Below, in pieces: positions 55,586 to 64,000 of a stretch of 64,000 bases of DNA. The DNA lies in NCBI GenBank assembly GCA_050693035.1, contig JBOGWB010000061.1, positions 6,834 to 70,833 of the forward strand. The letters are read 5' to 3'. The position numbers and the translations under genes were made by a program. The notes below the pieces were generated by a model. It did no database searches and was not told where the DNA came from. It saw nothing but the letters and a program-made list of their open reading frames with translations. The stretch is from Actinomycetota bacterium (lineage in GTDB: Bacteria > Actinomycetota > UBA4738 > CALAEC01). Position 1 is the first letter of the stretch. Each line of letters opens with the position of its first letter.

Positions 55586-55612
55586 CTCACACTTCGCGCG
55601 GGCTGGCGCGGG

Positions 55613-57832
55613 CTACGCGCCGGCCCGCGACCGGCTCTCGGCCCACTCGTCCCAAGACAGCAAGACCTCTCGAGGCTTGGAGCCCTGCGACGGACCCACC
55701 GTCCCCCGCTCCTCCAGCAGATCCATGATCCGGCCGGCTCGGGCGAATCCCACCTTCAGCTTCCGCTGAAGCATCGACGTGGATCCGAGCTGTGACCGGA
55801 TCACCAACTCCGCTGCCTGCTCGAGGAGCGGGTCGTCGCCCTCCATCCCCTCCTCATCGTCGGTTGGAGGCTTGCCCAGGCCCTCGATCCCCTGGACGTA
55901 CTCTGGCTCCCGCTGCTTGCGGACCCAGTCCGTGACCTCCTCGATCTCCTTCTCGGTCACCCACGCGCCCTGGATCCGCGGCGCCTTCGACGCCGACGAC
56001 GGAAGGAACAGCATGTCGCCGTGGCCGACGAGCTTCTCCGCGCCGCCGACGTCGAGGATGACCCGGGAGTCGGCCTGGCTCGCGGTCATGAACGCGATCC
56101 GCGACGGAATGTTCGCCTTGATCAGCCCGGTGACGACATCCACCGACGGCCGTTGGGTCGCCACCACGAGGTGGATGCCCACCGCGCGAGCCATCTGAGC
56201 GATCCGGCAGATGGCGTCCTCCACGGCCCGGGGAGCCACCATCATCAGGTCGGCGAGCTCGTCGATGACCACCAGGATGTAGGGAAGGGGCTGGAAGTCG
56301 TCCTCCCTGCCGGGGGGGATCCGAAGGGTTCCTTCTCCGAGGGCTGCGTTATAGGTGTCGATGTCCCGCATGCCGACGGTGGCCAGAGACTCGTAGCGGG
56401 CCTCCATCTCTCGGACCACCCAGCCGAGAGCCTCGGCCGCCCGCTTCGGGTGGACGATCACCGGCGAGAGCAGGTGCGGGAGATCCGCGAAGTGCGACAG
56501 CTCCACCCGCTTGGGGTCGATGAGGACCATCCGAACCTGCTCCGGCGTGGCCCGCATCAGCACCGACGTGACGAACGCGTTGATGAGCGAAGACTTCCCC
56601 GCGCCCGTCGCCCCCGCGATCAGCAGGTGCGGCATCTGGTTCAGGTGGCACAGCACCGCGCGGCCCTGGATGTCCTTGCCGAGGCCGACCGAGAGTGGGT
56701 GCCGGTCGTCACGGGCGGTGCGGGATCCCAGCACGTCGCCGAGCATCACGAAATCGCGCACCTTGTTGGGAACCTCGATGCCGATGGCCGACTTGCCGGG
56801 GATGGGGGCGATGATCCTCACATCGGGGGTGGCCAGAGCGTAGGCGATGTCGTCGGCGAGCGACAGGACCTTGTTGACCTTCGTCCCGGCCGACACCTCG
56901 ACCTCGTACAGCGTCACGGTGGGGCCACGCGTGGCGCCCTTCACCGACGCGGCCACGCCGAAGTTCCGGAGCGTTCGCTCCAGCGCCGCGATGATCTCCT
57001 GCTCGTCCCGGCCGCCTCCCGCCGAGGGGGGAGCCTTCCGCAGGAGATCGTGCGGCGGCAGCTTGTACCCCTTGCCGGTCACCCGGGGAACCTTCACCTC
57101 CGCGGCGTCCTCCTCGAGTTCGGGCTCCTCCAGCTCCGACAGATCGAGGATCTCGGGCTCCTCGATCTCGGCCCGACGCCACCGGCGCCGGCGCCGCGGC
57201 CGCTCCTCCTCTTCCTCCTCTTCGTCCTCTTCCTCGAGCTCGACGAGCTCGTCGCGCTCCTCGATGAAGAAGTCCTTCAGGGCCCGGCCGACGGAAGCGA
57301 GCGGGGTGGCGGTGAACACCAGAATTCCCAGGGCGAACAGGCCCAGACAGACGACGACCGCCCCGTAGCCGGACAGCAGGCGGGACAGGGGCCACGCGAC
57401 CAGGGCCCCCGCGAGCCCGCCGGCGTCCCCGAATCCGGAGAGGCCGGCCGCGGGGGAGGGGTTTCCTCGCAGGAGCGAAACGAGTCCCAGGCCGCCCATG
57501 GCCGTGAACCACAGTCCGAGCAGCATCCGCCCGCGCTCCTCCCGGACGGTGCCCCGGACCAGGACGAGACCCCACCACAGGGCCACCACGGGGAAGGCGT
57601 AGCCCGCCAGCCCGAACGTGCCCAGGACGAGGACCGCCAGGAACCGCCCCACCGGGCCCGCGGCGTCGAGCCAGAGCCCCAGAACCGAGAGCGCCGCAAG
57701 CACCATCAGTCCGATGCCCACGGCATCGGCGATCTGGGGCCCGAGATGCTCGACGACCTTCCGGCCGGCGCCGGAGATCGCGCCGGCGCGCTCTCTCTGC
57801 TTCGGCTTCTTCCTCTTGCTCTTCGTCGCCAA
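55613..57832 (-). CDS. ftsK: DNA translocase FtsK/SpoIIIE
   Basis: N-terminal TM segments, an acidic linker, HLLIAGATGAGKSS (Walker A), VVIDELADLM and a C-terminal gamma wHTH (STSMLQRKLKVGFARAGRIMDLLE). Confidence 0.93.
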   Translation of the reverse strand: MATKSKRKKPKQRERAGAISGAGRKVVEHLGPQIADAVGIGLMVLAALSVLGLWLDAAGPVGRFLAVLVLGTFGLAGYAFPVVALWWGLVLVRGTVREERGRMLLGLWFTAMGGLGLVSLLRGNPSPAAGLSGFGDAGGLAGALVAWPLSRLLSGYGAVVVCLGLFALGILVFTATPLASVGRALKDFFIEERDELVELEEEDEEEEEEERPRRRRRWRRAEIEEPEILDLSELEEPELEEDAAEVKVPRVTGKGYKLPPHDLLRKAPPSAGGGRDEQEIIAALERTLRNFGVAASVKGATRGPTVTLYEVEVSAGTKVNKVLSLADDIAYALATPDVRIIAPIPGKSAIGIEVPNKVRDFVMLGDVLGSRTARDDRHPLSVGLGKDIQGRAVLCHLNQMPHLLIAGATGAGKSSLINAFVTSVLMRATPEQVRMVLIDPKRVELSHFADLPHLLSPVIVHPKRAAEALGWVVREMEARYESLATVGMRDIDTYNAALGEGTLRIPPGREDDFQPLPYILVVIDELADLMMVAPRAVEDAICRIAQMARAVGIHLVVATQRPSVDVVTGLIKANIPSRIAFMTASQADSRVILDVGGAEKLVGHGDMLFLPSSASKAPRIQGAWVTEKEIEEVTDWVRKQREPEYVQGIEGLGKPPTDDEEGMEGDDPLLEQAAELVIRSQLGSTSMLQRKLKVGFARAGRIMDLLEERGTVGPSQGSKPREVLLSWDEWAESRSRAGA

Positions 57833-57906
57833 CGTCCAACCTCCCCCGGGGGGTCAGACACCCTGCCCCATCGGGCCGCCGCGCGGATCGGGCGGCCTCA
57901 GACCTG

Positions 57907-59562
57907 TCACACCTCCATGATGACGGGAACGATCATCGGTTTCCGGCCAATCGTTTCGAAGAAATAGCGGCCCAGGGTTCGGCGGATGTGCTGCTTCAGG
58001 ATATTCGGGTCGCCCACCGCCTCTTCCTCGACCTCCTTGAGTGAGAGCAGAACCCGGTGGCGGGCCTCCTCCAGGATCTCCGCGGAGGCCTCGCCCTCGA
58101 TGAACCCACGGGTGATGACGTCGGGCCCCGCCAGCACCTCGCCGTTGTGGGCATCGGCCGTGACCACCACGATGGCAACCCCGTCGCCGGCGAGCCGGCG
58201 ACGGTCGCGCAGGATGACTTCCCCCACGTCCCCGATCCCCAGTCCGTCGACGAGCACCATTCCCGACTGCACGCGGTCGCCCAACCGGACGTCCTCGTCG
58301 ATCTCGACCGTGTCGCCGTCCTCGCAGATCAGGATGTGCTGCGCGGGGATCCCCACGTCTCTGGCGAGCCGGGCGTGATGCGCCAGATGCCGCCGCTCGC
58401 CGTGGATGGGGATGAACCAGCGCGGCCGAACGAGGTTCAGCATCAGCTGGAGCTCGGCGGCGGCGGCGTGCCCCGACACGTGGACGTGCGCGATGCCGTC
58501 GTGGAACACGTCGGCGCCGGTTCGATAGAGCCCGTCGATGGTTCGGTGGATGTTCACCTCGTTGCCGGGGATCATCGACGAGGACAGCACGACCACGTCG
58601 CCCTCCTCGAGCTTCACCCACTTGTGCTCGTGGGCCGCCATGAGGGCCAGCGCGGAGAGCGGCTCCCCCTGGCTCCCCGTGCACACCACGACCACGTCGC
58701 GAGGCGAGGCCTGGGGAAGCTTCTCCAGATCGATGACGTCTCCTTCCGGCACGTGCAGGTAACCGAGGGCCCGTGCCTCCGTCGTCGACTGGTTCATGCT
58801 CCGGCCGATGAACACCACCTTCCGGCCCACCGCCCTGGCCGCGTCGCAGATCTGCTGGATCCGGTGGATATGGCTGGCGAAACAGGCCGTGACGATGAGC
58901 CGGGGAGCCTCCGAGAAGATGTCGAGCAGCTCGGGCCCCACCGAGCGTTCGCTGTCCACCACGCCGGGGTCCTCGGCGTTGGTCGAATCCGACAGGAAGA
59001 CGTGAACGCCCCGGCGGGCCTCTTCCGCCAGCCCGGCCAGATCGGTGAGCTTCCCGTCGATGGGGGTGGGGTCGAGCTTGAAATCCCCCGAGTGGAGCAG
59101 GACGCCGTGCGGGGTGTCCACCGCCAGGGCCACGCCGTCGGGGATCGAGTGCGTGACGCGATGGAACCGCACCCGGAACGGCCCGATCTTGGCCTCGTCG
59201 CCGGCATGCACCTCGTGGAAGGTCACGTTCTCGGTGACGCGGTGTTCCTCGAGCTTCGGACGGAGGAGTCCCACGGTGAGTGGCGTGGCCCACACCTCGA
59301 GCCGCATCTCGCGCAGGATGAAGGCCAACGCGCCGACGTGATCCTCGTGGCCGTGAGTGAGGACCACCCCGGCCACCCGGTCCTTCCGCTCTCGCAGGTA
59401 CTCGAAGTCGGGAAGGACGAGGTCGATGCCGGGCATGTCCTCTGTGGGGAACGACAGCCCGGCGTCGATCACCAGGACCCGGCCGTCCATCTCGAGGCAG
59501 GCCATGTTTCGGCCCACCTCGCCGAGCCCGCCGAGGAAGACGAGCCTACAGGGCGCCGGCAT
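57907..59562 (-). CDS. rnj: ribonuclease J
   Basis: Metallo-beta-lactamase motif HGHEDHVGAL plus a beta-CASP region and C-terminal domain. GGLGEVGRNM lies at the N-terminus. Confidence 0.92.
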   Translation of the reverse strand: MPAPCRLVFLGGLGEVGRNMACLEMDGRVLVIDAGLSFPTEDMPGIDLVLPDFEYLRERKDRVAGVVLTHGHEDHVGALAFILREMRLEVWATPLTVGLLRPKLEEHRVTENVTFHEVHAGDEAKIGPFRVRFHRVTHSIPDGVALAVDTPHGVLLHSGDFKLDPTPIDGKLTDLAGLAEEARRGVHVFLSDSTNAEDPGVVDSERSVGPELLDIFSEAPRLIVTACFASHIHRIQQICDAARAVGRKVVFIGRSMNQSTTEARALGYLHVPEGDVIDLEKLPQASPRDVVVVCTGSQGEPLSALALMAAHEHKWVKLEEGDVVVLSSSMIPGNEVNIHRTIDGLYRTGADVFHDGIAHVHVSGHAAAAELQLMLNLVRPRWFIPIHGERRHLAHHARLARDVGIPAQHILICEDGDTVEIDEDVRLGDRVQSGMVLVDGLGIGDVGEVILRDRRRLAGDGVAIVVVTADAHNGEVLAGPDVITRGFIEGEASAEILEEARHRVLLSLKEVEEEAVGDPNILKQHIRRTLGRYFFETIGRKPMIVPVIMEV

Positions 59563-60430
59563 CCTCCAGCGCCTTCCTGATCTTCGCCGTCTCTTCGTCC
59601 GTGGCGGGGACGAGGGGAAGGCGAGGGGGCCCGGCGGGTTGGCCGAGCAACGCCATGGCCGCCTTCACCGGGATCGGGTTCGTGGTGAAGAACAGGACGT
59701 CGTACAAGGGAAGCAGCTCGTGGTGGATCTTCCGCGCCCCCGCGAGGTCTCCCCCCTCGACCAGGTCGATCATCTCCTTCATCCGCTGCCCCACCACGTG
59801 GGCGGCCACGGAGATGACGCCAACGGCGCCGATGCATACGGCCCCGAACGTCGCCCAGTCGTCGCCGGTGTATACCTCGAAGCCCTCGGGGGCCGCGGCG
59901 ATGAGGTGGGAGAGGCCGTCGAAGTCGGCGGTGGAGTCCTTCACCCCGACGATGTTGTCGACCTCGGCCAGTCGCAGGAGGGTGTCATTGGATATGCGAA
60001 CGGCCGTGCGGCCCGGGATGTTGTAGACCAGCATGGGCAGCGACGTCGCCCCGGCCACGGCCGAGAAGTGCTCGTACAGCCCCGATTGGGGCGGCTTGTT
60101 GTAGTACGGGGACACCACCAGGAGGCCGTCGCACCCGGCCTTCTCGGCTTCCTCGGTGAGATGGATCGAGTGGCGGGTGTCGTAGGTGCCGCTTCCGGCG
60201 ATGATCGGGCCCTTGCCTCGAGCGGCTTCCACCGCGGCCCGCCACAGGCCGGCCTTCTCGTCGTCGGTGAGCGTAGCCGCTTCGCCGGTCGAACCCGCGA
60301 TCACCAGCCCGTCGCTCCCGTGGTCGAGGAGCCACGCGACCAGCTCCTGGGCCCGGTCGAGGTCGAGGGAGCCGTCATCTCGGAAGGGGGTGACCATCGC
60401 GGTGATCACCGAGCCGAACCTACCGGCCAT
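59546..60430 (-). CDS. dapA: 4-hydroxy-tetrahydrodipicolinate synthase
   Basis: ITAMVTPF...GSTGEAATLT...YNKP...YNIPGRT. Confidence 0.92.
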   Translation of the reverse strand: MAGRFGSVITAMVTPFRDDGSLDLDRAQELVAWLLDHGSDGLVIAGSTGEAATLTDDEKAGLWRAAVEAARGKGPIIAGSGTYDTRHSIHLTEEAEKAGCDGLLVVSPYYNKPPQSGLYEHFSAVAGATSLPMLVYNIPGRTAVRISNDTLLRLAEVDNIVGVKDSTADFDGLSHLIAAAPEGFEVYTGDDWATFGAVCIGAVGVISVAAHVVGQRMKEMIDLVEGGDLAGARKIHHELLPLYDVLFFTTNPIPVKAAMALLGQPAGPPRLPLVPATDEETAKIRKALEDAGAL

Positions 60431-60533
60431 CGCTACCTCCTATTCCGGCCGGCAGCGCTGTCGCGGGGACCGGCCGGGCCCCGGTCGGGCGTCCCGCCTT
60501 GCCCGGCCGGCCCGCCCCGCTACCGGCATCCTA

Positions 60534-60547
60534 GCATTACGTAATGC
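60534..60547. promoter_or_regulatory. perfect AT-rich 14-bp palindrome in the dapA / adenosyltransferase divergent region (candidate operator)
   Basis: GCATTACGTAATGC is its own reverse complement. It is flanked by a direct repeat ATCCTAGC at 60528-60535 and 60589-60596. No binding factor is assigned. Confidence 0.3.
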
Positions 60548-60602
60548 AAAGCACAAGGGTGTAAGCCGGGGGCTGAGCCCTGCAGGGTTATCCTAGCCGG
60601 GC

Positions 60603-61166
60603 ATGCGCATCTACACACGGTCCGGGGACGACGGGACCACCGGGCTGCTGTACGGGGGACGGGTGTCCAAGGCCGACCCGGCCGCCGAGGCCTACGGGAC
60701 CACTGACGAAGCCGTCGCCGCCATCGGCCTCGCCCGGGCCCTCTCCGACCAGCCGGCCCTCCAGGCGGACCTCCTCCGGGTGCAGCGGGACCTGTTCGTG
60801 GTCGGCGCCGACCTGGCCACCAATCCGTCCCAGCGAGCCAAGCTCCAGCCGGAGGTCTCCCTGGTCACCCCGGGGATGGTGGGGGCCCTGGAGCAGCGGA
60901 TCGACGAGAGGGTCGAGGACCATCCCCTGCCCGGGGAGTTCGTCGTCCCGGGTGGCAACCCTGTCTCCGCGGCCCTGGACGTCGCCCGCACGGTGGTGCG
61001 CCGGGCCGAACGCCGGGCGGTGGAGCTCCAGGCGTCGGGCGGGGAGGTCAACGTGGAGGCCCTCAAGTACCTGAATCGCCTCTCGGACTTCCTGTTCGTG
61101 ATGGCCCGGTGGCAGGCCGGCGGCCCCGAGGAGCCCAGCCGCAGGCGGGGAGACCAGGCGGGGTAG
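60603..61166 (+). CDS. PduO-type ATP:cob(I)alamin adenosyltransferase
   Basis: MRIYTRSGDDGTTGLLYGGRVSKADPAAEAYGTTDE...FVVPGG...ARTVVRRAER. Confidence 0.88.
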   Translation: MRIYTRSGDDGTTGLLYGGRVSKADPAAEAYGTTDEAVAAIGLARALSDQPALQADLLRVQRDLFVVGADLATNPSQRAKLQPEVSLVTPGMVGALEQRIDERVEDHPLPGEFVVPGGNPVSAALDVARTVVRRAERRAVELQASGGEVNVEALKYLNRLSDFLFVMARWQAGGPEEPSRRRGDQAG

Positions 61167-61176
61167 CTCGCCAGGG

Positions 61177-64000
61177 TTAGAGGGTCAGGCCTTCTCCGGC
61201 CAGCAGGTCCCGGCACCGCCCCAACTCCCGGGCCGAGGACAGCCGCTGGAACACCGGATAGGCCCTGCCGAGCTCTTCCCTGGCCTCGGCGATCCGCCTC
61301 GCCGCGAGGAGAGCTTCGGCCAGGGGCAGGCGGGCGCGGGCCTCCTCCCAGGTCGCTTCGAGCGAGGCGAAGCCCTCGGCCGAACGCTTGAGCGTGTTCT
61401 CCGCCACCAACCGGCGCCCGGCGGCCAGCGCGGCCCGGCCCTCCAGGCGATCCGCGAAGAACGGCAAGGCCACCAGGCCGCCCTCGGCGGCATACGCCCT
61501 GGCCTGCTCGAGGAGGGCGGGGACCTCGTCCCACGCCTCCATCTCCCCCAGGAGGTCGCAGCGAGCCTCCATGATGACGGGGAAGGATTCGCGCCACCTC
61601 TCCATGAGCGGCTTCCAGAGCCGGCTCCGGGCCTCCTCGAACGCTCCTCGCCGGGCCAGGGTCCAGGCGATCCACGGATCTCGGGCCGTGGCCTTGGCCT
61701 CGCCCTGTCGCTCGTCGATCAACTGGATGAGAGCGATGAACCGATCCGCGGCGGCCCTGTTCCCCTGGATCTCGTGGACCAGAGCGGCGGCGGCGAACGG
61801 GCGGGCCGCGAAGTACGGGGGCTCCGCGCCTCGCTCGCCCATGAACTCCTGTGCCCTCGCAAGGTCCGCGAAGAAGCCGTCCCAGTCGCCGAGACGGAGC
61901 CTTCCCATGGCCCGCCAGGCGACACAGTGAAGCCTCATGCTGTGGGCATCCTGGGGGAGCTGCTCCATGGCGGCGTCGGCGTAGTTGAACGACTCCCGGT
62001 ATCGCCCCATGTGGTAGCTGTTCCATGCCGCGCCCGCGTAGATGTCGCCGAGCTCCCAGGGGTCCTCGAGCTTCGGGATGAGCTCGACCCGGCGTTCGCT
62101 CGCCCGGACTCCCTTCTCCGCCAGACCGAGAGCGGTGAAGACGCCGGCAACCCCATCAAGGGCTGCCGAAGCCAGCGAGGGACGGTTCAGGCGAAGGGCC
62201 ATCTCGTTGGCCCGTTCCCCCGACTCGATCGCCTTCGCCAGCTCCTCGTCTGAGAACGGACGATCTCGCAGGAAGGCGAAGGGCCAGAACGCCCGGAGCG
62301 AGAGCAAGTGGGCGAGGGTGGGGCTGTCCTTCTTCCCCACGTTCTCGAATCCCACGTCCATGTACCTGGTAGCCAGTTCCTCGGTCGGAATATCCGTCAT
62401 GGACCCCGGCCACCGGGTGGTCACCTCCACCGCCCAGGCGCAGATCCGGGCGATGGCTTCCCTGTCCCCGGGAGCCGCCTCCAACCGGGCATCGACCGCC
62501 TCGGTGAAGTGCTTCCACGCCAGGTCGCCCTGATAGTCGTTCATGTAGGCGGCCCCGAGCGCCTCGAGGGCCCGGGAGCGCTCGAGCGTCTCCGTCGCCA
62601 GGGTCAGCGCCTGTTCGGCCAAGCGCTGGGCCTTGGCCAGGACCAGCTTTCGGCGGGCATCCCCCGAGGCCAGCAGGAGGTACTCGAAGGCCTTCGAGCG
62701 GAGATCCTCAACCACGTCGACGACTGCCTCCGGGCCCTGCGCGGCCCCCCGACGGGACGTGACGATCCGCGGTCCTTCGGCGGCACCCCGGTGAGCCTCC
62801 ACGAAGTGGTGCGCGAGGAGCTCCACGAACTCCATCCGTCGCTCTCCGACCGTGCGCTCGATCCACCGGGCCACCCGGGCGTGAGCCTCGGCGCGGTCGC
62901 GCCGAGGAAGGCTCTCGTAGGTCACGTCGCGAGTGAGGCCATGTTTGAAGATGTACTCCCGCTCACCGGCCATCGAGGAGCTCAGCCGAGAAAGCACCAG
63001 CTCCCGCCGCTCCACCCGCTCGAGGAGCTCGTCGACCGCATCCGGCGGACCTTGTCCGTCGACGACCACGCCAACGGCGCCGGTCCAGAAGATCCGCCCG
63101 ACCACGGCCGCCGCCTGCAGGGCACGCTTCTCCTCCGGGACCAGCAGGTCGATCCGGGCTGCCAGCACCCCCTGGATGGTGTCGGGGATGGTCACCTCTT
63201 CCACCCCGGGCTTCGCCCGCCACCGATCGGCCTCGCGGACGATCCCACCCGCGTCGATCAGCTGTCGGATGATCTCTTCCAGGAAGAACGGGTTGCCCTC
63301 CGCCCGCTCGAGGATCCGGCTTCGGAGCTCGCCGGGAAGCTCCTCCACCGCCAGCAGCAGCCCCACCAGGCGGGCAGAATCCTCGGAGGTGAGGGGGGCG
63401 AGAAAGATGCTGGAGTAGTTCCGCTTGCCTCCTCCCCACTCCGGGCGGCGATCGGTCAGCTCGGGCCGAGCCGGGCACACGAACAGCACCGGGCCTTCCA
63501 CCCGATCCGCCGTCTCCTCGAGCAGATCGAGCAGGGCAGGGTCGGCCCAGTGGATGTCCTCCACTACGACGACGACCGGACCGCGCCTCGCCAGAGCCGA
63601 GAAGAACGAGCGCCATGCGCCGTGGGTCTCCATCCGGACCTGCCGGGGCTGCATCTCCGCGAAGGCGAACCCCGGAGCCGTCACCCCCATCGTGTAGGCG
63701 AGCGCGGCGATCGTCCGCTCCGGGTCGGGCGCCAGGTCCGTGGTCACCAGGTCCCTGCCCACCTTCTGGATCTTCTCCAGCACGAGCTCTGGCGGGTCGG
63801 TGTCCAGCACCCCGGCCATGACCTTGAGGATCTCGGCCAGCGGCCAGTAGGTGACCCCTTCTCCGTAGGGCAGGCAGCGTCCCCGGACCGTCGTGGGCGA
63901 GGGTTGGCGGCCCTCCACCCGTTCCAGGAATTCGGCGGTCAGCCGGCTCTTCCCCACTCCGGGATCACCGGAGATCGTGACAAGGTGAGGAGTGCGTTCT
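61177..64000 (-). CDS. STAND/AAA ATPase + TPR regulator, 5' end beyond the window
   Basis: The ORF stays open to 64000: the minus strand reads ...HLVTISGDPGVGKSRLTAEF, which is the P-loop. It is a paralogue-like match to the ATPase-TPR part of 48311..51496 (CLPYGEG.T.WP, DIHWA.P..LDL.E). Confidence 0.85.
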   Translation of the reverse strand, partial: ERTPHLVTISGDPGVGKSRLTAEFLERVEGRQPSPTTVRGRCLPYGEGVTYWPLAEILKVMAGVLDTDPPELVLEKIQKVGRDLVTTDLAPDPERTIAALAYTMGVTAPGFAFAEMQPRQVRMETHGAWRSFFSALARRGPVVVVVEDIHWADPALLDLLEETADRVEGPVLFVCPARPELTDRRPEWGGGKRNYSSIFLAPLTSEDSARLVGLLLAVEELPGELRSRILERAEGNPFFLEEIIRQLIDAGGIVREADRWRAKPGVEEVTIPDTIQGVLAARIDLLVPEEKRALQAAAVVGRIFWTGAVGVVVDGQGPPDAVDELLERVERRELVLSRLSSSMAGEREYIFKHGLTRDVTYESLPRRDRAEAHARVARWIERTVGERRMEFVELLAHHFVEAHRGAAEGPRIVTSRRGAAQGPEAVVDVVEDLRSKAFEYLLLASGDARRKLVLAKAQRLAEQALTLATETLERSRALEALGAAYMNDYQGDLAWKHFTEAVDARLEAAPGDREAIARICAWAVEVTTRWPGSMTDIPTEELATRYMDVGFENVGKKDSPTLAHLLSLRAFWPFAFLRDRPFSDEELAKAIESGERANEMALRLNRPSLASAALDGVAGVFTALGLAEKGVRASERRVELIPKLEDPWELGDIYAGAAWNSYHMGRYRESFNYADAAMEQLPQDAHSMRLHCVAWRAMGRLRLGDWDGFFADLARAQEFMGERGAEPPYFAARPFAAAALVHEIQGNRAAADRFIALIQLIDERQGEAKATARDPWIAWTLARRGAFEEARSRLWKPLMERWRESFPVIMEARCDLLGEMEAWDEVPALLEQARAYAAEGGLVALPFFADRLEGRAALAAGRRLVAENTLKRSAEGFASLEATWEEARARLPLAEALLAARRIAEAREELGRAYPVFQRLSSARELGRCRDLLAGEGLTL

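Overview
High-GC chromosomal window. Hand counts give about 68% GC in a core line and about 48-55% in sampled accessory lines. Gene order and operator types look like a Gram-positive or Actinomycetota-like organism. The window splits in two.

(1) About 23.4-64 kb is a conserved housekeeping block in classic synteny: dut, nrdJ-nrdR, lysM-like/lexA, hflX, dapL-dapF, miaA-miaB, rny, recX-recA, thpR, cinA, pgsA, a rodZ-like gene, ftsK, rnj, dapA. It has readable LexA (GAAC-N4-GTTC) and NrdR operators. Inserted in it are a frameshifted non-retron reverse transcriptase between a transporter gene and nrdJ, and two adenylate-cyclase/STAND-TPR type regulators next to a patatin/acyltransferase pair.

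(2) About 1-23.3 kb is an accessory mosaic. It holds:
- a left-end operon of unknown function followed by an Rx4H (HEPN-like) protein
- an ECF sigma/anti-sigma pair with secreted proteins
- a 42-nt tRNA-Met-like 3' half inside a 1.3 kb gene-poor gap
- a large low-GC membrane protein
- a dead integrase remnant
- a 1620-aa secreted RHS/YD toxin with a 7-bladed PD40-like propeller, an unassigned Gly/Cys-rich C-terminal domain and an overlapping 2-TM immunity candidate
- an xis/int recombination module
- a DUF4263 (Shedu-like) nuclease gene, co-directional with a HigB-like / HTH-ImmA pair
- a convergent beta-protein / PD-(D/E)xK (sce7726-like) pair abutting tRNA-Gly(GCC)

The candidates I rate highest as novel systems are the beta-protein/PD-(D/E)xK pair, the RHS C-terminal toxin with its immunity gene, the HigB-like/HTH-ImmA/DUF4263 block, and the orphan RT.

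Several apparent frameshifts sit at homopolymer runs, so assembly indels cannot be excluded. All function calls come from reading motifs in the supplied translations; no database search was possible.
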